DNA from: Mytilus trossulus
Taxonomy: Eukaryota
Reading direction: 5' to 3'
Assembly: GCF_036588685.1 (NCBI RefSeq)
Contig: NC_086378.1
Coordinates: forward strand, 23,746,001-23,810,000
Length of the DNA: 64,000 nucleotides
The translations under genes and the position numbers were made by a program. The notes below the pieces were generated by a model that saw nothing but the letters and a program-made list of their open reading frames with translations, made no database searches and was not told where the DNA came from. Shown here in pieces: positions 1 through 11,605 of the stretch (within the stretch, counting starts at the first letter, position 1; each line of letters starts with the position of its first letter).

Positions 1-476
1 TAGAAAAATACAAAGCAATACCAGCACAAACGACTTTAATGTTAACATCTGTTTAAAGGTGGCCATTATCGAAAACAAATACCGCTTTTAAAAAGGTGTG
101 ATGTGTTTTCCAAAGAAACATGAATTGATGAAAAACTAAATGATAGTTACTCAATCTATAGAAATGTTTACTAGTAGTATATCTTCCTTTATTTTATTTA
201 TCTTTCATGAAATTATTTATTTTGTAGTGATTAAGATTATAACACAATATTTGACAGTTGTACCCACTTTTGATATTTGTACCCATTATGTCTGCTAGCT
301 ATAAAACAGGGTTGAATTCATCATTATCTATTATCAAATAGAATAACAGTTTTACAATTTGATGCACATATTTCTCTATATATTTCTTCAAGAGAAGGTC
401 TACGCAGGGTAAAATCATTAATTGTCAGAAGTTCATACGATGTTATGCTTCTTGTGTTAATCAAAGACTGTAACAT

Positions 477-2536
477 AGCATCGATGAGGGATTGTCGCAT
501 ACTAGTATTCTCCGTATCAAATTAAGATATGTACGTATACGGGAGGTTAATATATATCAAATACATAATAATATGTTGTTATAATTTTCAATTGGCTAGG
601 TCATTAACATTATGTGTGTACGGTGGTTTTAACCTTGATATGTTTCATGACTAAATGAGCCAGACTATGTTGGAGTACTTAGTATTTAAACAATATATTA
701 TCTTTTAAATGAATGTAAATGTACAACAATATCATCGTCTGAATTATATCCCAAATAGGTGGAGAGGTGGTTACACTATGTCTGCTATAATTGTGCTAAA
801 GAATGCTATGAAAATTTCACACACTATGATAGCATTTCCTGACAAAATATGGCATTGGAAACTGTCATATTTAATATTAGTAACTGTACAGTTTTCCTTC
901 ATACGATTTAAAGTTTCGAAACTAAATTCGAAGAGGAAAACAGACAACTGCGAGACTTCACTGCGTTAAGATACATGTATCTAATAATATAGATACAACA
1001 TTATAGGGATTAGTCTCAAACTTTAACGATTTACAAGCTTTATTGCATTGTTATATATGTTGAAATCTCCCCAGCTCCGTCAATTAATTTCGTTTAATTT
1101 CAATATTTCCAAAAGAGAAACAACCACACGTCATAATTGTGTCAATCATTCATTTCAGGAAATACAGTGAAATTCCGATTAACTTTGTCTTTGAAATCGA
1201 TATACGGGTAGTCAATGTAGTCTATGAAATATGGTTTCGAAAGATACACGAGCAAACATGAACATTGTTTTAGTGAGAATACCTGTAAAACTAAAATAAC
1301 AAAAATAGTTAACAAAAAGAAATATATGGAACGTTCTTATCAATTGACAAATCTAAAGCTCGTTGCATACGTGTCGAACTTACTTTTATAAACAACCTGT
1401 CAAAGTAGGTTAATGATATGAGGTTTTATGTTACTAATTACGAGTGAATATTTGACTAAACATCATCTTAGAAATCAATAAATACCTGTATCTATATATA
1501 AAAGAGTATGACTATTGTTTTCCATTTGTTTACTTTATTTTTGAATTTTGATTTTGCCATATTAAAAAGAATGTTTCGTTGTGAATTTTCCTTTGTGATT
1601 TTTTTATTTTCCTGATATTGTTGTCAGGGTTTTAGCATCAAGGAGGGACTTTCTCTTCTTCTCTGTATCAAATATGGATATATACTATAATTATCACTTG
1701 GTTAAGTCATTAGCACACAGTTTGATTGCTGGTTCACCTTGATATATTTCATGATTAATTAAACCTGACCATGTTGGATAATATATTGAACTCGTTGTAA
1801 TAATATCCTGAATAAGTGTCCAGGTGGTTACATTATGTCTACTATATTCATGATAATTGTGATAATTAATGCTGTGAAAATGTCACACACAATGATAAAG
1901 CTTCTATACAAAATATTGTATTTGATACTGTCAAATATGATTTACGCAACCTTTTTCCCTTAACAGGATTTATAGTTTTGCAATTAATTAGAAAAACTAA
2001 AGGACTAACCGTGAGATTTCTTTGCGTTGAGATATCTTATATCAAAGATACCACATTAAGGATATAAACTTCTCCCTTAGTTCCACATTGTAATAAATTT
2101 ATATTTAGATATGTGTTATGCATTTCTGAGGTAATCTCCCAAGACCCACCAATAAAATTTCAGTTTAAGTCAATAGTTCCAAGAAAAAACATGCACACGT
2201 CATAACAGTTTGCATCATTCTTTTCAGGAAATGCAGTGTAAATTCTATTGTATGTGTCTTGAAAACCGATAGACGGATTAATCTATTCAATCTCGTTTCG
2301 AAGGATATACGTGCAAAGATGAATATGTTTCAGTGAGAGTAGATGTCAAATAGAATTACAAAAATAACTAACTGAAAGGAAATTGTAAAAGGAAAGTACA
2401 TTATCTACTGAAAAATCAAAAGATCAAATCTGCTTTTAAAACCCCCCACTGTCAAAGTAGGACTGAGGTTTATGTTTTGGTTATGAATTACTATGTCGCT
2501 AATTACGAGTGAATATTAAGCCAACCATCATCTTAA
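477..2536 (+). repeat. Old diverged tandem duplication, ~1 kb unit (copies ~477-1470 and ~1632-2536)
   Basis: Collinear shared blocks: TAGCATCgAtGAGGGA vs TAGCATCaAgGAGGGA at the starts, CACACGTCATAA, TTTCAGGAAAT.CAGTG, CTGTCAAAGTAGG, and CTAATTACGAGTGAATATT...CATCATCTTA at the ends. Confidence 0.85.
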
Positions 2537-3241
2537 TGTTTAAATTGTTTCATATGTTGATGATAGTATTATAGTTTTCACTACAGCATGGCGTTGGTTC
2601 ATTATTGAAGACCCGTGTTTCTTGTAGTTGATTAAATTCTTGGGGTTTTCGAATTTGGTAGATAGTGGTCTTATTGGCAATCATACCACATTACCTTATT
2701 TTATATGTGTTAAAAATACACCGATGTGAGAAATCACACATGACTTAAATGTATCTTTCTCGTTAAAGGGGGACATTATTAACAGTATGAAGAATATCAC
2801 TATGTCGAAGCAGTTTTGTGATAGCCAAGGAGCCACGTATTTATCAATGATATATGACAACTTTACCTATAAACTTTAAAATGATTCCAGGTAGAACATG
2901 TACCTGCATTTTTTGTTTCTTTGTTGAAATATTTGTTTGCTATATAGTGATAAAGGTGGCTATGGTGTATTCGTCCATCTTGAATGTTGAAGAAGTAGAT
3001 AACAATTGGTTTATTGAAATGTGACATATTGAGAGTAGTATGTAATTCATGTCTTGACCTTTAATGAACAAATAGAAAAATATGTGTCATATTTCGGCTG
3101 TTATTTATATAATACACCGTTTTTGTGTTCGATTCATTTTTATTAACTTTGCCAAACAAGGGGGGATAACTCAGATAGTAGTGGAGATAACGTAGTTTTG
3201 TTATAGAAAGTATTGTGAATTTACCTATTTTAATTTGTAGC

Positions 3242-3379
3242 AAGAAAACAGATTAGGTGACCCCATGGTTTTCCTATTCTTATCTGAAAGCATGCTATAA
3301 GAGCTTTCTTGCACAACCTCTTATAGCATGCTTTCAGATAAGAATAGGAAAACCATGGGGTCACCTAATCTGTTTTCTT
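3242..3379. repeat. Perfect 62-bp inverted repeat with 14-nt loop
   Basis: 3242-3303 is the exact reverse complement of 3318-3379. Confidence 0.95.
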
Positions 3380-4052
3380 TGTTAATTGAATTATAACCTC
3401 CTTTGGTTTTCAAATAGTCGACTATGAGCGTTCCGGATGAAGTTGAATCCAGAAAAACACGTGCAATTTTAAAAGTGTTGTTTAATCTTATTTCCGATGA
3501 TACCGAAACAAATTGTGCAAGTAAAAATTATAACCTGACTAAATATTCTTGACTGTTGTGTGTGAACGTAATAATATAATTACAACCAAAAATAAATCTA
3601 AGAGCTAAAGCTATTTTCTTTAAAAAAAATCCATCTTTAGACATATCATCAACGAATATGTAGTCACAAGCAGTCTCACAACATATCTAAAAAAAATGAT
3701 ATTTATATATGATTAAACAGCTTCCAATAATTATTCTTTCTTGTTTAAGTTTGTTTTCATTTATCGCAAAATTTTAATTTATCCTTCACTATATCTGTTA
3801 TTAATTTTATTTCTAAGCCTTCTTAAACATACTGTATCCACAAAGTGAATTATACTTTTGTAAAGAAAAAGAAATTGAATATGTCTTTGGGCATGCATAT
3901 TGACGGTTAGACTTTAGTTGAATACAAGACAGATGTATATGTTAGAAAAATATGTCCTGTCTTCTACCTTTTGTCGTTTTCTAGACTTCAAATTTAAAAA
4001 AAATAAATTTTTTAACATGTATTCTCTTTTATCAAACAAGATGTATTATTAG

Positions 4053-4894
4053 GGTGTCTTCCTCGAATGCCAACATTTTATGTGTGACCTATTCCTTGAA
4101 TGCCAACAAAAATATTTCAATGGATGTTTATATAATAACAATAGGTGTTTTTAGAACTATCTAAATGTTTTTAAAAGTATAAAATAATTAATGAGCTTGA
4201 TAAAATTGCAACATTTTATTACTTTTTGATAAGAAAAATGGTAGATTTTAAGGTTAAAATTATGAATTTTAAAGAAATAAATAAAATTAAAACGTTTTTA
4301 CAATTCCTTGCTTTCTATTAAAAAAAAGATAACTTGGGAATGGAAGTGTTTACTTACATAAGACTTATTAGATATATCAAAGAAATTTTAGTTACATACA
4401 GATATATTTAAAAAAAAAAAAGAATATTAAAGATTTATCATCTATATCATTTATATATATCTGAACAATTGCAAACTGAACAAAATAAAACATAGTTATG
4501 TAACATGAGATACAAAATTTCAAGAAATTCCACCAAGTAATATTAGAGAAATTACAGCACACAAAACTATATAAATGTTGAAAAAAAACCTTGAAGAACA
4601 AACTGGATTTCATGACAATATGCACATGTTGAATTTGTTGCATTTTAAGATAATCCATATTTATTTTTAAGTACAACTGAATGCAGTAACAGCAACACAT
4701 GATTTTCGAAAACTTGAAAAACATGAACTTGTTTTAGCTACCTGTATTTACCTATCTGTTTAATTAGTATGATTGTTTTGATAAGCATTCATTTTTGTTG
4801 TGATAACTACTTGCACTTATTCCTTGAACGCCAACATAATTTTACAGGTAAATTGTCGGTAGATCAAAGGATGTTGGCATTCAAGGAATAAACC
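4053..4894. mobile_element. Non-autonomous DNA transposon, Merlin-like
   Basis: 24-bp TIR GGTgTcTTCCTcGAATGCCAACAT / ATGTTGGCATTCAAGGAATAAACC, GG..CC termini, and a perfect 8-bp TSD ATTATTAG (4045-4052, 4895-4902). Internal copies of TTCCTTGAAYGCCAACA near 4092 and 4820. Confidence 0.8.
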
Positions 4895-5397
4895 ATTATT
4901 AGATTCTTATTTTAATGTCACTACAGTGTCGCCCAACAAAGTTCTCATGTGGGGCTGCTGTTTTCAAATGTTATTTTCCTTATGCAATTAAAGCCTGATA
5001 TAATATCAAACATGCCATATCCGGCATTTTTTTTCGTCAGCTAAATTTTGACCGAATAATTTTAAAATAAAATTGATTAACATTAACAACCACGCTATAT
5101 AGCCAATTACATGTACGTCTACTTCTGTGTAGACAAGTGCTAGTTAACATTGTCTCACATGCCAGTAGTTGCCGTACGTAACGATGTATTCGTCATTTGA
5201 AGAAATAATTTGTTATGGCAGATCTTTCATGGGTATTACACAGTTGATTGAGGGCTTTTTCACCTGATATCATCATCCCATTAGCAAGTGGTATGCTGAA
5301 CTTGGATGACTTAGGCTATTCTTTGCGTTTCCTCTTTGTCATACCTCCCGACGACGTTTCTACTTATCTATAAATTCCGGACGTTAAATTATTGGAT

Positions 5398-5445
5398 TTG
5401 AGAGTTCCTGATGATGGTAAATCAAGAAAAGCACTGTGGACGCTA
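5398..5445 (+). ncRNA. Degenerate hammerhead ribozyme, possible third retrozyme family (second remnant ~3425-3465)
   Basis: GAGTTC-CTGATGA-TGGTAAATCAA-GAAA-AGCACT-GT-GGACGC keeps hammerhead core order, but stems and cleavage site are mutated. Confidence 0.45.
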
Positions 5446-6181
5446 TTAGATATATAAAAAAGAAGATGCGGTATGAATTCCAATGACACTACTCTCCACA
5501 CAGAAATCAATAAATATAGATTACCGTACAGCCTTCAACATTGAAAACAGCCCATAGTCACCTACAGAAGGTCTAGATATGACAACGTAAAACAATTCAT
5601 ACGAGGGAACTAAAGGTCTTATTTATGTAAAAATAAATAACGAAAACAAATTTTAACAAATAAACAAACAGCTTCCCCTTAATTGCAGGCTTCTGACAGG
5701 TATCGAGAGATTATAGATCCATGAATGTGTGTATAAAATTGAGAATGAAATGTAAATAACATACAAGAAATATTTAGTTGGTTTTTAATTTACTGATAAC
5801 AAATTCAATATTTATACCAATAAAAACAATATTCACTTTCATTAATGTTTGTCAATATGTTTGTAGACTAAAGCAATTATACATATAAACGAGGTAATAC
5901 GGCATTTGTAATCGTATTAAGTGTGTACACATAAGAGAAAAAACAAAATACTTATTATAACAATTGTTTAATATCAATTGATTTTTGACAAACTGACACT
6001 GTGTCCTGTTCTATAGAGTGGTAAACTGTGAATAGTCATGTATGACTTTTATTTTTGGTTCCAAGTTAAAATTGAAGTAGATATAGGAAGATGTGGTATG
6101 AGTGCCAATGAGACAACTCATATTATCGTTACCACTATGTGTATACCATTCCTTATATCTGTTTACATATACACAATATTT

Positions 6182-6480
6182 AAAAAAAGAAGATGTGGTA
6201 TGATTGCCAATGAGACATATATCTAAAGAGACCAAAATGACACAGACATTAACAACTAACGATCACCGCACAGCCTTCAACAATGAGCAAAGCCAATACC
6301 GCATAGTCAGCTATAAAAGGCCCTCATAAGACAATGTAAAACAATTCAAACGAAAAAAATATGGCCTTATTTATGTAAAAAAATGAACGAAAAACAAATA
6401 TGTAACACATAAACAAACACAAACGACAACCACTGAATTTACAGGCTCCTGACTTGAGACAGACACATACATAAATAATG
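6182..6480 (+). repeat. Abundant interspersed repeat family 'AAGAAGATGTGGTATGATTGCCAATGAGAC'
   Basis: Copies at ~5455-5700(+), 6085-6120(+), 23938-24103(+), 51545-51770(+), 2580-2705(-), 8270-8430(-), 12180-12412(-), 46430-46575(-), 58540-58880(-). Confidence 0.85.
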
Positions 6481-6671
6481 CATTGCAGGTCCCTCCTTAG
6501 TTTGGACATGTTAACTGTGGATTTGATGGTAATTTTCAGCCAATGAAAAAAGTAACATTTAAATTGCATTATAATTTGATTTCGTTAGCGGAGATAAAGC
6601 TGCATGTCTCCATATCAAAGACATTGTTTTTGCTAATATGACTTTTGTTTGTATATACTTTTAAAGTTTAA

Positions 6672-6778
6672 AAATAATCAGAAAACACAGTCATATTCCT
6701 ATCATTAATATTAAAACATTGAAGATAGGAATATGATTATATTAATGATAGGAATATGACTGTGTTTTCCGATTATTT
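6672..6778. repeat. 40-bp inverted repeat (1 mismatch) with 27-nt loop
   Basis: 6672-6711 pairs with 6739-6778. Confidence 0.9.
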
Positions 6779-7585
6779 CGTTAGTGGATGTAAGGTCCCA
6801 CGCAGAAATTTTGTTATAGTTAAGTATTGAGGTATCTAACTGCATCATGTGGACTGAAAAAATAAATGAATGTAAATTCTAGGCTATTGTACTACACAAG
6901 TAAGTAGTTGCATACACAGAGTGGGGATTTCCTTCACATATAGGTCCAATCAGATGTCAAAATTGTGGTCTCCTCACTTGATGGCATCCAATCAAAGTGG
7001 GGGAAATATTCATTTTTTTGTAAACAAAAATATCTTGAGATTTTGATGGTAAGGATAGGTTCGGACAAGGCTCTAATTCACTAAATATCCTTTATCTCTT
7101 GAATTTTGCCTATAATTCTTGTCGGCTTTTAGCAGGATTCTGCAGGTGAGCATTATATTGGTATCAGAGCATCACATTTTTTTACTTATTTGCAATGCAT
7201 TTATAAATTTTAAAATCTCCATGCTGGACAGACACCCACATTTAAAGGTTTTCTATATATTTACATAAGCACGCACACATCTTAGTTCCTTGAAACCATA
7301 CATTTTATTTGTATATAAGCTTGAATGAATTTTCAAGAAAATAAAATCATAAATCCATGAAATTCTAAAGGTTTATTGTAAAATAACTGGTTTCTGCCAC
7401 CTAAGTCTGATTTTTTGTAATTTTCATAGATTCGAAAATTTTCTCTATTGGAATTTACCTTTGAGAAGAAATGGTTTATATGATAGCCAATAAGATAACA
7501 CTCGACCAGAGAGAATAAACATATTAAACTATAGTACACTAGGTATAACTACTGTTTCATGTTTGAATAAAGGTGACATCTTAAA

Positions 7586-7777
7586 TTCTTATCCCAGGTA
7601 TAGATTACCTAAGCCGTATTTGGCACAACGTTTTGGAATTTTGGATCCTCAATGCTGTTCAACTTTGTACTTTTTAGGCTTTATAAATAGTTTGATATGA
7701 GCGTCACTGATGAGTCTTATGTAGACGAAACGCGCGTCTGGCGTACTAAATCATAATCCTGGTACCTTTGATAACTA
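7586..7777 (+). mobile_element. 5'-truncated retrozyme, family A
   Basis: Reverse complement of the family A unit at 24760-25390 and 43621-43880; contains an intact hammerhead. Confidence 0.85.
7701..7744 (+). ncRNA. Type I minimal hammerhead ribozyme, intact core
   Basis: Stem I GCGUCA/UGGCGU; core CUGAUGA; stem II GUCU/AGAC with loop UAUGU; GAAA; palindromic stem III ACGCGCGU; GUC cleavage triplet with predicted cut after 7738. Confidence 0.9.
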
Positions 7778-9037
7778 TTAACAAAAATCAATTTTAATTT
7801 ATATATTTAATTAATTCCATTTACTTGTCAACGGAAGATGATTGTAAACTCTTATACACATCAAGACAAATAAATTATTTATATCTTTCATTATTTTGTC
7901 GTCATGTGTACTTTCGTTTTCCCCTGATGAATGATCAACCACATGACTAGTTAGATAATCTGTAAGATAACAACAATAAACAATGTTAGCTACAATGGGA
8001 ATAGTAAGTTTAAATTGTTAAATAACATTATTCATATAGAAAAAGAGTTGTGGGGTATACATAAATCTGAAAGCAATCAAATGACAAAGATCAACATACA
8101 TTTATAGGTGTCTATACAATTTATGTCCAACCGTAAGTTATATCTTTGTAAATACGTCTTTTTGATCGAGATTGAAATTTCAACTGATATTTCATACTGT
8201 TTATTTTTACACTACTGTTTCAAGTTATGGTGAAGGTTGGCACCTGTTAAAACGTTTTATTTCTCTTCATTTGTTTGCATTTGTCCTAAGTCAGGAGCTT
8301 CTTGTCAAGTGATTGTCGTTTGTTGATGTGGTTTATAAATGTTTCTGCCTTTTTTTAAAAATATAGATTAGACATTGGTTTTCCGGTTTGAATTGTTTTT
8401 CACCAATCATTGTGAGACCCGTAATAGCTTGTAAAGTGTTGAGTAGAATAATTTTAATTCAACATGTTACTCATATATCAGCATGCTTTTATAAAGAAAA
8501 ACCTTAATGTACTATTTATATTTGTTATTTATTTCGTCGTTCTGCTTTTTTGTTATTAATTGTAATTGTATGTTCTTGGAGTACTTATTTGCCAGAATAT
8601 TGATCGCAATGAGGTTATAATTAATGCCATATTTTTTATAGTTTCAGGGACAGGCGGACAAACGAACGGACGCAAAGACCAGAAAACATAATGCCCCTCT
8701 ACTATACTAGGTGGTGTAAATAAAAAGCATACTTCAATTAGGTAAATTTAAAAAGGAGAAGTCAATGGAAATGTACATAAGTCAGCCCATATCAACTACC
8801 GAAATAAACGGAAACAATATCACATGCCTGGCTTGGTATGAGCATTTTCCGATGAAACTTTTGTTTTAAACATGGTTTCCTTGCTTTATTTTTAAATTGT
8901 GTGAGAGATGTTTATATTTTATTGCTCAATTATATTGACACAATTGGATATGTAACCCAAAACACCTTCCAGTTTTAGACCATGGATCGTTTGTGTGTTA
9001 CATCTTCAGTTCGTTCTAAACCATTTTATTTTTTCAG

Positions 9038-10366
9038 GTTTATACTCTGATTCTGTTTTTCATGCTCCCCTTGATGAAGTGTGACCGCTGTCCTGCTCCG
9101 AAACAATGCAGTTGCCAATATAATATAATTTACTGTGATCATTTGAATCTTACTGATGTTCCGGAGTTTACGAAACCAGACAACGAGCATATGACTTGGG
9201 ATATTGAACTGCATAATAACAACATAAAAAGTATTCGGAATGGTGCTTTTCAAAATTTGAAACTTGAAATGCTTCTCATATTTGATAATGAGATTGAGGT
9301 TGTAGAGGATGACGCCTTTAGTGGGAGTGAGGATAGTCTATATGTACTACATCTTTATAATAACAAATTGACTACAGTTCCGTCTGCTGTTGGTAAAATG
9401 AGAAACCTTATGGGTTTAGATGTCCACAACAATCCTATATCTACAATAAGGGAAGATATACTTCAAAATGTTTCAAGCACATTGTCCGGTATTATGTTTG
9501 GTGATATGAAAATGACCTTGTGGCCAAACTCTCTGAACGTTTTGTCAAACTTGGAATCAATAAGGATTCAAAATCTAAACATCACACTAATTCCAGACAA
9601 TGCATTAGATTTTTTTCGCAACTTAAGTAGTTTTGAGATGATTTCAACAGATTTTAGTAACATACCATCTTCTCTTAGTGATCGCTCAATGTTAGAAGAT
9701 ATCAATTTAGAAGATAACCCAATGTTGACGACTGAAAGCTTCAAACCTGAAACATTTAGTAAACTTTCTACTTTAATGCGAATGACAATTATGAATAGTA
9801 GTATAACTATTTTACCAAATATATTTAATAAACTTACTAATTTGTTTATTCTGCAACTAGAGAACAATCCGATAACATCAATTCCAGATCACGTGTTTCC
9901 TCTGAATTTCTCCTCTAACTTTTGGTTTATGACATTAAAGAACACATCTTTGGCCAGTGTTCCAAAGGCTCTATCCAACCTTACTAGTCTCACCCGACTT
10001 GCTTTTATGACAAGCTTAATATCGGAAATTCACGATAACGATTTCAGAAACATGGATAAACTAGAGAGACTGTATTTTACAAACAGCCCGTTACATACTG
10101 TGTCCGAAAATGCTTTTAATGGACTGAAGTCCTTGAAGTATCTTACTCTGGATAATACGCTCCTAACTACCGTACCGAAAGCAATGATGAATCTGCCATC
10201 ACTTTCAGATCTAAGTCTATCAAATACCAAAGTCGTTTGTACATGTTCCAATCTAAGATGGATTAAACAATGGACTAAGCAAAGTGAAGTGGAGATTTAT
10301 GGAAGTTGTATCAACATTAAGATGACGATTGCATTATTTATTTATAAAGAACTGCCCAAGTGTTAA
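9038..10366 (+). CDS. Secreted leucine-rich repeat protein (LRRNT, roughly 13-14 LRRs, LRRCT), main coding exon
   Basis: 434-aa ORF with N-cap CPAPKQCSC..IYCDHLNLTDVP, repeated LxxLxLxxNxI motifs and C-cap VVCTC..LRWI..C..C-stop. Acceptor TTTTATTTTTTCAG ends at 9037 and adds in-frame VYTLILFF, completing a signal-peptide-like segment. AATAAA near 10479. Confidence 0.92.
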   Translation, partial: VYTLILFFMLPLMKCDRCPAPKQCSCQYNIIYCDHLNLTDVPEFTKPDNEHMTWDIELHNNNIKSIRNGAFQNLKLEMLLIFDNEIEVVEDDAFSGSEDSLYVLHLYNNKLTTVPSAVGKMRNLMGLDVHNNPISTIREDILQNVSSTLSGIMFGDMKMTLWPNSLNVLSNLESIRIQNLNITLIPDNALDFFRNLSSFEMISTDFSNIPSSLSDRSMLEDINLEDNPMLTTESFKPETFSKLSTLMRMTIMNSSITILPNIFNKLTNLFILQLENNPITSIPDHVFPLNFSSNFWFMTLKNTSLASVPKALSNLTSLTRLAFMTSLISEIHDNDFRNMDKLERLYFTNSPLHTVSENAFNGLKSLKYLTLDNTLLTTVPKAMMNLPSLSDLSLSNTKVVCTCSNLRWIKQWTKQSEVEIYGSCINIKMTIALFIYKELPKC

Positions 10367-10819
10367 TATATAAACAATATGTTACATCATATATAAAGGT
10401 CCGAGAAAAGCTCGGTTATTCTTTAACTTTTTTATTGCCAGTGTTCAGTTCCATAGTTAAAACGGTCTGAAGGAAACAAATAAAAACTCTTTATTTAAAT
10501 CGAATGATATTTTGCCATAATATGCTTTTGGAAAACATTGTTTGGGAAAAAAAGAGAGTACGCATAATTTGAACAGATGATTAACAATGGAGTAATATCT
10601 TAATCATGGCGGATATATTGTTCCTATGTTGTAAGTTTATAAAATTTTCAAAAATTGATTTGATTCTTGATCGAACATTTCTGATTTGGAACAATTATAT
10701 TTGTGATAAAATATAAATGATAAACTTAGCATATTTTTCGGTATTTGTAAAAATAATATATATGAAATAAAATACCGAAAACAAGTAACATTAAAAATAT
10801 TTAGCAGTTTGAAAGTGTA

Positions 10820-10905
10820 GTTTCACTGATGAGTCTTTTGTAGATGAAAAGCGCGTCTGGTGTATATACAAAATTAGATCCTGGTATCTATGATGAGTTT
10901 ATTTA
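10820..10905 (+). mobile_element. Retrozyme family A fragment with degenerate hammerhead
   Basis: CTGATGA-GTCTTTTGTAGAT-GAAA-AGCGCG-TC-TGGTGT, with a broken stem III pair. Similar decayed copies at ~33790-33960, 35620-35840, 44690-44740, 50545-50610 and 53575-53710. Confidence 0.75.
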
Positions 10906-11139
10906 CAAGAAACGTACACGACTTTACAATTCTCCGATATGTGATATTAATGTAGAAGATAAATAAAATTTTACAAAGATCTGTCCTCATGCAATTAAAA
11001 GAATTTTTTTGTTTAAAAGTATTCCTGATAGTGGTGAACTCTTACACAAAAAAAATTGACACATTAGAGTAATGAGGAAGAACAAAATACAACTTAAATT
11101 GACACTACGTATACATGTACATATATATTGGTAAAAAAA

Positions 11140-11605
11140 TTAAAATTAAGAATAGAACTTGGGAATTTGTCAAAGAAACAACAACTCTACCATAGAGCAG
11201 ACAACTGCTGAAAGCCGCCAATGCATCGAGAAACTGCGGCAACCGGAGGCGTCCTCATGCTGGCCCCTAAACAAATATATATACTAATGCAGTGATAATG
11301 GACGTCATGCTCAATTCCTAATTATACACAAGAAACCTAAATTAAAATTCATACAAGACTAACAGTGACCGAAGGCTCCTGACTTGGGACAGGCGCAAAA
11401 AATACGGCAAGGTTAAACATGTTTATGAAATCTCAACCCTCCCTCTAAACCTCTAGCAAATGTATACATACAAACGCACAACAGTGCGCACAGTAAAACT
11501 CAGTTTAACAAAAATTCGAGTACGATGTCAGAATAAGTAACAAAGGAAAATAAACAAAATGACAATAATACATAATTAACAAAAGACTGCTAGCCGTCAC
11601 TGATA
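11140..11605 (+). repeat. Abundant interspersed repeat family 'TTGAGAATGGAAATGGGGAATGTGTCAAAGAGACAACAACCCGACC'
   Basis: Homologous to ~14860-14980, 17188-17316, 26178-26770, 48610-49025 (+) and 57279-57394 (-). Confidence 0.8.

Noticed and set aside
9026-10251. Antisense ORFs over the LRR gene (and 28612-28851 over the GPCR)
   Set aside because: Shadow frames of real coding sequence with no recognisable protein features.
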